Shown: positions 33,591-41,497 of the stretch, piece by piece | Layout of the letters: every line of letters begins with the position of its first letter | Position numbering within the stretch: the first letter of the stretch is position 1 | Source: Spartobacteria bacterium | Lineage (GTDB): Bacteria > Verrucomicrobiota > Verrucomicrobiia > Chthoniobacterales > UBA6821 | Length of the DNA: 64,000 bases | Assembly (NCBI GenBank): GCA_947487385.1 | Contig: CANKWU010000005.1 | Coordinates: 12,431 to 76,430 of the forward strand | Reading direction: 5' to 3' | The notes under the pieces: generated by a model | What the model was told of the DNA's origin: nothing | Database searches by the model: none | What the model saw: the letters and a program-made list of their open reading frames with translations, nothing else | Program-made: the position numbers and the translations under genes

Positions 33591-34323
33591 TCTCGACGAG
33601 CGTTTTTTGCAAGCAGTTCAGTTCTATTGGACTACACGAGCCAGGCAGCTCAAGAAGCAAAAGGATATTGGTAAAATAAATGATGCTGGCCTTCGCTCTG
33701 CAGTGACTGGCGGAGCTCAGATGGCGGAATTAGAAATCCTAATTTCCGATATATTATTTGAGTCTGGTATTTCTCGGGATTCAATTAGCATTGGATCATC
33801 ACTGGAGTTGCCAGGTTATTTCCGTTCTGAAAAAAAATGGGATCTTGTTGTAGTTGCTGATGGACAGCTGATTGCCGCCATGGAGTTTAAAAGCCAGGCA
33901 GGACCATCTTTTGGAAATAACTTTAACAACCGAACAGAAGAAGCGATTGGGAGTGCCAAGGATATTCTAACAGCATATCGAGAGGGTCGCTTAGGAATGA
34001 GAGATGGGTTTCGTCCGCTGCTAGCTTATTTCTTTCTCCTAGAAGATTGCGAGAAAGTGAGGAAACCTGTCAAAAATGCAGAGCCTCATTTTTCTGTAGA
34101 TCAAGACTTCAAAAACTCCTCTTATTTAAAACGATACGAACTTCTATGCAAACGCTTAGTTCGCGAGCAACTTTATGATGTGGCATGCCTCACTCTTGCC
34201 ACAAATAGCAAAAAAACAAGATACGAACATCCTAGTGCGGATATATCTTTTCAGCATTTCATAATGGCCATCAAAGCACAGGCGGCAAAATGGCTCACTC
34301 TTAAGGAGCATGAACAAATCTAG
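33559..34323 (+). CDS. Putative type II restriction endonuclease (PD-(D/E)XK-like; possibly XhoI/PaeR7I-like)
   Basis: 254 aa. Overlaps the methyltransferase 3' end by 32 nt and has the same AT-rich composition. 'WDLVVVADGQLIAAMEFKSQ' gives a D...ExK arrangement. The family assignment is from memory of gene sizes and order only. Confidence 0.55.
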   Translation: MKSKKFQLPIDLDERFLQAVQFYWTTRARQLKKQKDIGKINDAGLRSAVTGGAQMAELEILISDILFESGISRDSISIGSSLELPGYFRSEKKWDLVVVADGQLIAAMEFKSQAGPSFGNNFNNRTEEAIGSAKDILTAYREGRLGMRDGFRPLLAYFFLLEDCEKVRKPVKNAEPHFSVDQDFKNSSYLKRYELLCKRLVREQLYDVACLTLATNSKKTRYEHPSADISFQHFIMAIKAQAAKWLTLKEHEQI

Positions 34324-34503
34324 CATGAGCGCCGCACGTCAGAAATTGATTTTCTCTCAGATTAAATTCCAGCCACCCTTTGAGGCACCTACTTACGAGC
34401 TCAAGGGAGATACACTCATTGCGACGGTTCCAGGCAAGTTCGTCGATACTTGGGTCAAGGTTAAGTAACAAGCGGCACCCATTCTAAGTCTTTCTCAAAG
34501 AAG

Positions 34504-34542
34504 ACCCATCTCCTTCCAGCAATGGGCGGGGATGGGTTTTTT
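34504..34542 (+). terminator. Rho-independent terminator after the R-M unit
   Basis: ACCCATCTCC / GGGGATGGGT stem (one mismatch) with a 14-nt loop, followed by TTTTTT. Lies between the convergent R-M genes and the membrane-protein gene. Confidence 0.6.
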
Positions 34543-34572
34543 GTTGTCCAGGATTATCCCGCCAGGAGCAGA

Positions 34573-35256
34573 CTACCCTCCCGAGGCAAGTCCGATGGCA
34601 CGAGAGAGGGTTAGGGCAACGAGATCAAGCATCATGGCCCCATGGATCACGAACAGCGTCTTCATCAGCCTCGAGGTAGGCTTAGCACCGGAGGGCTCAA
34701 ACTGCAGAAGCGTCATGGCGGAGGCATGGTAGTAATCGAACGTATCCAACTCTCCCATCTCGTCATCAAAGCGGATATGGTTACGCCCTTTGAGCCTGGC
34801 TGCCGAGTCGAGGCGCCAGTAGATCCAACCAAAGTCGATCGTGATCACCGGAATAAAGAGGATGAGTTGCATGAGCAGTAAACCACCCGCCTTGAGGTGA
34901 CTGAGAAGAAGAAGATTCAACATCAAAAAGATTACGAGGCATCTCAGGGTCAGAAGCCCCCCTAACAGATCGATTCCCCAGCCCACACTTTTCCCCCGAT
35001 TCAGCTGGATCTGAAGGAAGGCTGTGAATGCCAAGGCAAAGGGGGCGACCCAGAAGACAAGAAGGTGATGAATCTTACTGAACAAAGAAGCCACGCTCAT
35101 CACTTGGGGATCATCAATCTGGTCGACCCCCACACCCAGGTTCTTAAGAAAGAGTGTAGCAAAAACATGACCCACTACGAGGATCCAGAGCGGCAGACTG
35201 CGCCGAATGGCGGCATGATTAGATGATGGAGTGGGCATGCGATGATTAGACGCCAT
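34573..35256 (-). CDS. Hypothetical polytopic membrane protein (islet cargo)
   Basis: 227 aa with at least 4 hydrophobic helices, then 'FDYYHASAMTLLQFEPSGAKPTSRLMKTLFVIHGAMMLDLVAL', which resembles a pore-loop plus helix. No family confidently recognised. Confidence 0.5.
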   Translation of the reverse strand: MASNHRMPTPSSNHAAIRRSLPLWILVVGHVFATLFLKNLGVGVDQIDDPQVMSVASLFSKIHHLLVFWVAPFALAFTAFLQIQLNRGKSVGWGIDLLGGLLTLRCLVIFLMLNLLLLSHLKAGGLLLMQLILFIPVITIDFGWIYWRLDSAARLKGRNHIRFDDEMGELDTFDYYHASAMTLLQFEPSGAKPTSRLMKTLFVIHGAMMLDLVALTLSRAIGLASGG

Positions 35257-35794
35257 TACAGGCCCCTTGTTGATAAAGAATTCTCCCTTTGTCTCCTATC
35301 ATGCTTTAACACCAGACCAATCATGAAGTGACATGAAATCGATTTTACATGACGCCGTACACCACCTGATCGTCCAAGCTGATGATGGCATTGCACGCAT
35401 CATTAAGACCATCGAAGTAGCCAAGCGCTCACACGATATCAAGATGTGACGGGACTCGGGAAGTTCGACCACATGAGAGAATGTCCAGAACTGCTCTCGG
35501 TTGAAGCATTCGTCATGGAGTCGTAGAGTGTATGGAGATTGTTCAGAATCAATGAGTTCTAACCCATCTCAGCGGAGGAAGAGAGAATCAATGTTACAAC
35601 GAATCCTCGAAACAACGAAATCGCTACGAGAGAACGAGTAAGCTAAAAGGGATCCGTTGATATCCAGTAGAAGTAGCTGAAATTTGGCTTCGTAGCTCAA
35701 GGGGTTAGAAGACATTTGGGGTTTGACTACCCACGCGATAGCGCATTCCTACCGGCAAAGCCTTATCCGCAGAGCCCGCCATCGGTGGGATAAC

Positions 35795-35812
35795 TCCCGC
35801 CAGCCCGAGTCT
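35795..35812. repeat. attR-like direct repeat (duplicate of the tRNA-Pro 3' end with a degenerate T-arm from 35785)
   Basis: Exact 18-mer. Upstream, GTGGG-ATAACT-CCCGC mimics the tRNA T-arm GTGGG-TTCGAAT-CCCGC. Confidence 0.8.
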
Positions 35813-35886
35813 CGGTTTTCTTTGAGGACTCTTTCGTACGGAAGCGGTTTCAGAAAGATGGAGGGGTTGCTGAGTTGAGCAGGTCG

Positions 35887-36356
35887 CTACGGAATCGCTA
35901 ACGGCTTCGGCTCTTCTTTCCTCTCTTTGAAGACACCCTGAAGGGAGAAAGGAAGGAGGAATATCTTGCACCATCTGATGTCGCTGCGTTGCTTCCCCCA
36001 CTCCCCCACTCTATGAAAGTAGTCGAAGACCACTTCCGCTTTCGGGAAGTAGCGGTGGGCTCCAGCTATAAAGGCCGGCTTCATGTCCATGCTCAGCAGT
36101 TCAATCTTCTCCGCATCCCCGTTGTGCTGGCGAATGCTCCATGGAAGGCGGCAATAGCATCCACTCCATGTCCTTCCACCATGAGGAGGAGTTCCCGGGT
36201 TGTAGCATCCACGAAGTTGGTCACATACCGATGTCCTCTCTTGGATGAGGTCTCGTCAATGAGCACGCTCTTCACATGCGACCAGTCCCTCTTCGCTTGG
36301 GCCTCTTCCACATAGTGGGCCACCACTCTCCAGAGGCGGGTGTCATGTTCGTTCAA
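35887..36356 (-). pseudogene. ISL3-family transposase remnant (truncated at both ends, internally frameshifted)
   Basis: 'SVLIDETSSKRGHRYVTNFVD...LLLMVEGHG' and 'LLSMDMKPAFIAGAHRYFPKAEVVFDYFH' match the ISL3 DDE-region pattern. The two pieces are in different frames (junction ~36090-36130). The N-terminal ~120 aa and the C-terminus are absent. Confidence 0.7.
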
Positions 36357-36456
36357 AGTCCTTCCGGTGTCTTAGGATGACAGTACTACCGCTCCTCCTT
36401 TCCCTGCTTCAATCCTTCCTGCCCACTCAAATAGCGAGGAGCCCATAAGGAACACT

Positions 36457-36532
36457 TGGTGGAGCCATGGGGAGTCGAACCCCAGACCTCCTCCATGCCA
36501 TGGAGGCGCTCTACCAACTGAGCTATGACCCC
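36457..36532 (-). tRNA. tRNA-Ala (anticodon GGC)
   Basis: Acceptor GGGGTCA/TGGCTCC with the G3:U70 Ala identity pair, anticodon arm CCTCC-ATGGCAT-GGAGG, T-arm TGGGG-TTCGACT-CCCCA, encoded CCA. Confidence 0.9.
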
Positions 36533-36713
36533 AAGTGTCTCATCCAGAAAACCACAAGGCTTTATGTGATCAAGATAACCTAGGATGAATCTCGCTGCCG
36601 GGCAATACGAATTCCAAGAAAATGCAGGAGTCAAAAACATCCATTGACACGCTGGGGCGAAACCTCCATTCTCACTCACCCTATTCCTTTAAGAACCTTA
36701 AGAATTTCAAGAC

Positions 36714-36887
36714 ATGAAGCGCACCTACCAACCTTCCAAACGCACGCGCAAACAGCAGTTCGGTTTTCGTGCCCGCATGAAGACCAAGAATGGTCGCGCT
36801 ATCCTGAGTCGTCGTCGCCAGCATGGACGCAAGCGTCTCCTGCCGAAGGGCGTTGAGATTCATTTCGCTCGCCACACCCAGGCCTAA
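36714..36887 (+). CDS. rpmH: 50S ribosomal protein L34 (with ~14-aa C-terminal extension)
   Basis: Absent from the ORF track (under 60 aa). Translation is '[57 protein letters not shown]'; the first ~43 aa are canonical L34. Confidence 0.9.
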   Translation: MKRTYQPSKRTRKQQFGFRARMKTKNGRAILSRRRQHGRKRLLPKGVEIHFARHTQA

Positions 36888-37284
36888 GAATCTGGGCAAT
36901 CAGTCCAAGCCCGTTAAGCTTGGCCTGCCGCGTTCCTCGCGGCTACGATCAGGTTATCAGCATATTAAGGTCCGCTCGTCGGGCCTTTTCTTTCACGGAA
37001 CATTTCTCAGGATGGGAGTGATGAGTGATCAGGGCAGGGAGACCCAGGGAGCAGTTGTCGTCTCCCGCCGTGTCGGCTCCGCCGTCACACGCAATAAGCT
37101 GAAGCGCCGTTTGCGTGAAGTTTTCCGCCTGGAGCTCCCCGGTCTTCGAGCCGGTCTCTGGATTGTCGTGACGGTCAAGCCATCTGCTGCAACAGCCACG
37201 ATGCAATCTCTTCGCTCGGAATGGTTGCGTCTTGCAAGGCGTCTCTCTATTTTCAGCGACTCATTGACCGACCAGAGCACCTGA
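36823..37284 (+). CDS. rnpA: Ribonuclease P protein component
   Basis: 'LPRSSRLRS', '[23 protein letters not shown]' (RNR motif). The only in-frame starts (ATG 36823, TTG 36853) lie inside rpmH, so the start is uncertain. Confidence 0.8.
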   Translation: MDASVSCRRALRFISLATPRPKNLGNQSKPVKLGLPRSSRLRSGYQHIKVRSSGLFFHGTFLRMGVMSDQGRETQGAVVVSRRVGSAVTRNKLKRRLREVFRLELPGLRAGLWIVVTVKPSAATATMQSLRSEWLRLARRLSIFSDSLTDQST

Positions 37285-37288
37285 CCCG

Positions 37289-37591
37289 ATGTCCTTTTTT
37301 CTCCGCATTCCGATTCACCTCTACCGGTGGCTGATCTCTCCCTTTCTCCATGCCTTGAGTGGAGGAGGAAGCGGGGGTGGATGCCGGTTTCATCCCAGTT
37401 GCTCGACCTATGCTCTCGAGGCCCTGAAGTCTCATGGATCAATCCAGGGTTCCCTGCTCACCCTGCGCCGCATCTCCAAGTGTCACCCTTGGGGAGAAGG
37501 TGGCTTCGATCCCGTCCCATCTTCCAATATCCCCTCCCCAAAACTTTCAGCTCACAAACTTCAGCCTTCAGCCTTCAGCCTTCAGCCCTAA
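37289..37591 (+). CDS. yidD: Membrane protein insertion efficiency factor YidD
   Basis: 'YRWLISPFL....[19 protein letters not shown]...[20 protein letters not shown]'. The C-terminal tail is encoded by a heptamer repeat. Confidence 0.88.
   Translation: MSFFLRIPIHLYRWLISPFLHALSGGGSGGGCRFHPSCSTYALEALKSHGSIQGSLLTLRRISKCHPWGEGGFDPVPSSNIPSPKLSAHKLQPSAFSLQP
37559..37586. repeat. Tandem heptanucleotide repeat (CTTCAGC)x4
   Basis: Four perfect 7-bp units at the 3' end of yidD, 20 nt upstream of the yidC ATG. Confidence 0.9.
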
Positions 37592-37605
37592 AGATCTCTT
37601 CCTTT

Positions 37606-39417
37606 ATGTTCGACCGCACCACCTGGATAGCCATCGCCCTCTCCGTCGCCGGACTTGTCGGCTGGCAATATTACTACTCCAAGACCTACGCCCCCTATAT
37701 CGCCCAACAGGCGTCCCTGCAACGCGAGGCAAAGCTCAAGTCCGAAGCCGCCAAGACTTCTGAATCCGTAGTCCATCCTACCCCGTCGCCGATTACTCCC
37801 ACGGCGGCACTACTCCCTGCCGTCGCCGGAGCGACCCCTACGATTCCCGAGTTCTCCGCTAAGCGCAAGACGCTCGACACAAGCCGTGCCGAGTATCTCT
37901 TCGCCGCCAATACGGGAGGTATCGAGGCCGTCACTCTCTTCCTGCATCTCGGAGCCAACGAGCAAAGCCTCTTTCTGAACAAGGACTCTGGGCTCCCGAT
38001 CGGCGCCCTCTGCGACTCAAACGGAACTCCAATAGGAGGCTTCTCCATGGAGACTGCCAAACAACATGATATCACACGCTTCACGCTTGCTGCGCCCGGT
38101 GGACTCTCCGTCACCAAGTCCTTCACCCTACCTCAGACCATAGGCTCTCCCGAGGAGTATCAGATCGGATTGGATCTCTCCTTCAAGAACAGCGGCCCTA
38201 CCCCGATCTCTCTTCCGGGTTACTTCGTAGCAGCTGGAGGTGAGGCCCCGATCCACATCAATGACCTCCCGACCTATACCTGCTTCGATTGGCTTCGAGA
38301 CGGAAAGATGACCTCCATTGACGTGAACTGGTTCGAGGTAGGGAAGATTCCCCTCATTGGTATTGAGACTCGTCCTGCTCGCCCTCTCTACTCTCAACCG
38401 GATTCCGGCATCCAGTGGGCAGCTGTGACCAGCCAGTACTTCTGCACGATCGTCTCCGCAGCCAAGGATCAGCCCGGCAGCGGTGTCTGGGCGAGACGCT
38501 TCCAATCCCAGAATGCCACGGAGACAGCAAACGGACAGCCGATCTATGGCATCACCGGCGGCTTGGGCACTGGCCCGATCACCATCGCTCCTGGCGAGAC
38601 CGTCACCCGTCATTACTCCATCTATGCGGGACCTAAGGATTTCTACGGCTTAAGCAAAATCGGAGGGGAACAGCAGAAGGTCATGAATTTTGGGATCTTC
38701 CATCTGGTCTCCGAGTTCCTTCTTTGGGCCATGAACTCAATCGACAAGCTGACTCACAGCTTCGCTGCAGCGATCATCATCCTGACGATCCTTATCAAGT
38801 CGGCACTGTGGCCCCTGCAAAATAAGGCCACCTCCTCCATGAAGCGGATGCAGCTCCTCTCGCCAAAGATGACCGAACTCCGGGAGAAGTATAAGGACGA
38901 TCCCACCAAGATGAATGAGGAGCTCATGAAGCTCTATAAGCAGTACGGAGTGAATCCCTTCGGTGGATGCCTCCCGATGCTTGTCCAGATCCCGATCTTC
39001 TTCGGCTTCTACTCCATGCTTGGCAGTGCCATTGAACTTCGCAACAGCCACTTCCTCTGGATCCACGATCTCTCTCAACCCGATACGCTGACCCACATCA
39101 TGGGATTCCCGATTAACCTTCTCCCCATCATCATGGCCGGGACTATGGTCTGGCAGATGGCCATCTCCCCGAAGAGCGGCGATGCGACCCAGCAACGCAT
39201 GATGTACTTCATGCCAATTATCTTCCTGACCTTTTGTTACAATTACGCCTCAGGACTCGCTCTCTACTGGACAACGCAGAATATTTTCTCCATAGCCCAG
39301 TTGTACTGGACCAAGAATCAGCCGCTCCCCACCTTGGAAAAAGTTGTTTATACAAAGCCCAAAAAAGGAGGATCCGGTGGTTCAGGCGGCTCCAACCTCA
39401 CCAGTAAGAAACGCTAA
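37606..39417 (+). CDS. yidC: Membrane protein insertase YidC
   Basis: ATG at 37606 ('MFDRTTWIAIAL'). Large periplasmic domain, then the conserved 60-kDa IMP core 'LTILIKSALWPL', 'MQLLSPKMTELREKYKDDP', 'NPFGGCLPMLVQIPIFFGFY'. The ORF-track start at 37327 overlaps yidD. Confidence 0.92.
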   Translation: MFDRTTWIAIALSVAGLVGWQYYYSKTYAPYIAQQASLQREAKLKSEAAKTSESVVHPTPSPITPTAALLPAVAGATPTIPEFSAKRKTLDTSRAEYLFAANTGGIEAVTLFLHLGANEQSLFLNKDSGLPIGALCDSNGTPIGGFSMETAKQHDITRFTLAAPGGLSVTKSFTLPQTIGSPEEYQIGLDLSFKNSGPTPISLPGYFVAAGGEAPIHINDLPTYTCFDWLRDGKMTSIDVNWFEVGKIPLIGIETRPARPLYSQPDSGIQWAAVTSQYFCTIVSAAKDQPGSGVWARRFQSQNATETANGQPIYGITGGLGTGPITIAPGETVTRHYSIYAGPKDFYGLSKIGGEQQKVMNFGIFHLVSEFLLWAMNSIDKLTHSFAAAIIILTILIKSALWPLQNKATSSMKRMQLLSPKMTELREKYKDDPTKMNEELMKLYKQYGVNPFGGCLPMLVQIPIFFGFYSMLGSAIELRNSHFLWIHDLSQPDTLTHIMGFPINLLPIIMAGTMVWQMAISPKSGDATQQRMMYFMPIIFLTFCYNYASGLALYWTTQNIFSIAQLYWTKNQPLPTLEKVVYTKPKKGGSGGSGGSNLTSKKR

Positions 39418-39463
39418 ACCGCTTTCCTCTCCCTCAATAAGTCTCCTCTACCCCTCCCGAGCG

Positions 39464-39910
39464 ATGAACCAGACACCCAAAGAAGTCTTGGAGACCATCC
39501 TCGGTCATCTCGGTTTCTTTGTGGAAATCGAGGAAGAGCTTCAGGAAGGACACCTGATTCTCCAGATCCGGACCAACGAGCCCCAGCGCCTTATCGGACG
39601 CAGGGAGGAGACCCTCGAGAGCCTCCAGTTCCTGGTCAACCGGGTTCTCATCTCTCAGAACATCGCGGCTCCCCGTATCGTTGTGGATGTTGAGCATCAC
39701 CGCTCCATACGCGATGCGGCGTTCCTTCAGCGGATCCAGCAACTAGCGAATGCCGTGAAGATCCATGGACGCCCTGTCGAGACCGAACCCCTGAATTCCT
39801 ACGACCGCCGCCTCGTCCATAACGCCTATCGCGATCATGCGGAGCTGATAACCGAGAGTCAGAAGATTGAAGAGAAGATCAAGCGCGTCACCATCAGGCG
39901 CAGACAGTAG
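39464..39910 (+). CDS. jag: Jag/KhpB-like RNA-binding protein (KH + R3H domains)
   Basis: 'RLIGRREETLESLQFLVNRV' (KH-like) and 'ETEPLNSYDRRLVHNAY' (R3H). Conserved position after yidC. ATG at 39464. Confidence 0.8.
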   Translation: MNQTPKEVLETILGHLGFFVEIEEELQEGHLILQIRTNEPQRLIGRREETLESLQFLVNRVLISQNIAAPRIVVDVEHHRSIRDAAFLQRIQQLANAVKIHGRPVETEPLNSYDRRLVHNAYRDHAELITESQKIEEKIKRVTIRRRQ

Positions 39911-40102
39911 TCTTGCTTGGTAGTTTGGATGCCCCGCCAGGAGCACGAATGAAGCTGTAGTAAACTACTGAGCGCGAGTAGCAAAAGCGCAAGGCGCCAA
40001 ATACCGAGCCTTGGGAAAGGTCGGGCTAGACTGCGCGAATCGTAGCCCTGGAGGGCTTAAGGGCGCTACTCGCGGGAGCGAGAGGGCAAAAGACTAAGCC
40101 CC

Positions 40103-41497
40103 CTACAAAGCGAGGGTACGATAAGCCTCACACTGGTAGATTCGGATCATCTGGTGCTTCCCATTCACCGAGATAGGTACTTCTTTCAGCAGAGCCACGG
40201 CATTGAATGCGCCGGTAATGGTCTGGGGTAATTCCTCTCGGGATTCCGTGGTGATGTAGAGGGCGTTGCGTCCCAGGAAGGGGCTCGTGGACTTCTCCTC
40301 GGTGTAGAGGTTATCCTTCACGCCCGCAGCGACAGCATCGGGATAGGAGGGCCAGAGGGCGTAGGAGCTATTCAGGCTTGGTGACTCGGCGACAAAAACA
40401 GAGGGGGAGCCGGGGCGTTCCGGATACTCCAGGGTGATCCTACTTCCGAGCATCGCGGCAAGCCCCGGCTTGGAGGCGATCAGAAAGGGAAATCCACCCT
40501 TGGAATCTGGGCGTTCCTTGCACAAGGCGAGGACTTCACCTGAAAGTTCACGAAGGCCCGAGACACCGATTGGCGAGGGAAATTCTGAGGGGACCAATTG
40601 AGGCATGAGGAGGATCGTCGCGCTTACCAGTGCAGCAACAGAAGCAAGCAGGATCACGACAACTCTCCAGAGCATCCCGAGATAGGCCAACCTGACTAGG
40701 AAAGGAGTTACCAGGGCCTCCATGGTCACAATCAAGCCCAAGGATACCGCGAAGCTACCGATCAGAACGGAATCAAATCCATAGGCCACGCTACTCCACT
40801 GGATCCAGTCATGACATGCATTCCAAGCGAGGGAGGGCACCCATCCCAGGATCAGAAGAATCAAGGTGAGAATCATCCCACGCCAGGGAATCGCCTTGAG
40901 GCCTCGATTTACGAAGGAAAAGGTAAGCGCAAGAAGTAGAAGCAGGCCGATCATCTGCCAGAACTGCGTCCCAACAGCAAGGGCCCCACCGAAAAGAGCC
41001 CATGGAGTCACAGCCTGAGAATTTTTCCCCGTTGCAGCAGCTGCGTTCCACCCGGCGACAATCGCGAGCAGGATCATCATGGCAGTTATCATGGCTCCAT
41101 TCATGACCAGTGAAGCCAGATTTACTGAGGGCAGGAGATTGAGTCCCAGTACCGACCAGAGAGCCACAACCTGACGATGGGGTGCGATCCGTCTTCCGAT
41201 CCACCAGACGCACCAGGAGAGAATCAAAACAGCCAGAGGTGATATGCATCGCAAAAAAAAGAGTCCCGCTCCTCCGAAAACCTTAAAGAAGGCTAGAAGA
41301 AGTGGAACACCCGCAGGTCCCTCAATATAGCCGCCGGCAGGATGAGCCCCGCAGATCGAGAGAAAGGCCTCACCCTCCGTGAACGAACCGCCTGTCGCTA
41401 CTGAGAGACGGAACAGAGTCATCGTAAGCACCGCCGCCCAGAGCATCATGGTCTGGGTGATTGTGACCTTCATCACCTTGCTATTCTTTCCCTTCAT
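40103..41497 (-). CDS. Glycosyltransferase family 39 (ArnT/PMT_2-like) membrane protein
   Basis: 464 aa, about 10 TM helices; N-terminal loop 'EGEAFLSICGAHPAGGYIEGPAGVPLL' resembles the DEAYY...GY.DHPP loop of ArnT-like enzymes; ATGA overlap with the PAP2 gene. Confidence 0.6.
   Translation of the reverse strand: MKGKNSKVMKVTITQTMMLWAAVLTMTLFRLSVATGGSFTEGEAFLSICGAHPAGGYIEGPAGVPLLLAFFKVFGGAGLFFLRCISPLAVLILSWCVWWIGRRIAPHRQVVALWSVLGLNLLPSVNLASLVMNGAMITAMMILLAIVAGWNAAAATGKNSQAVTPWALFGGALAVGTQFWQMIGLLLLLALTFSFVNRGLKAIPWRGMILTLILLILGWVPSLAWNACHDWIQWSSVAYGFDSVLIGSFAVSLGLIVTMEALVTPFLVRLAYLGMLWRVVVILLASVAALVSATILLMPQLVPSEFPSPIGVSGLRELSGEVLALCKERPDSKGGFPFLIASKPGLAAMLGSRITLEYPERPGSPSVFVAESPSLNSSYALWPSYPDAVAAGVKDNLYTEEKSTSPFLGRNALYITTESREELPQTITGAFNAVALLKEVPISVNGKHQMIRIYQCEAYRTLAL

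Larger units (their letters stand above)
31836..35812. mobile_element. tRNA-Pro-associated genomic islet (~4 kb) without integrase, bounded by an 18-bp direct repeat
   Basis: TCCCGCCAGCCCGAGTCT occurs at 31836-31853 (tRNA 3' end) and again at 35795-35812. The interior R-M genes are visibly AT-richer: hand counts of two 60-nt lines gave 35-42% G+C, against mostly above 50% in flanking genes. Confidence 0.65.

Noticed and set aside
35334-35670. Short ORFs in the islet's right arm (38 aa 'MKSILHDAVHHLIVQADDGIARIIKTIEVAKRSHDIKM' and 29 aa 'MSSNPSQRRKRESMLQRILETTKSLRENE'), considered as TA or integrase remnants.
   Set aside because: No recombinase motifs (R..H..R..Y) or known toxin/antitoxin motifs appear in any of the six frames I translated by hand. 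The ORFs are too short to support a call.
35686-35784. The tRNA-like 5' fragment 'GGCTTCGTAGCTCAAGGGGTTAGAAG...TTTGGGG' upstream of the attR repeat, considered as a second (pseudo) tRNA gene.
   Set aside because: It cannot be folded into a cloverleaf: there is no matching acceptor 3' strand and the D-stem is broken. Only the T-arm/acceptor copy from 35785 onward is convincing, and that is explained by the att duplication.
37327-37605. 93-codon N-terminal extension of the yidC ORF.
   Set aside because: It overlaps yidD out of frame and crosses the heptamer repeat. The YidC membrane anchor begins right after the ATG at 37606.
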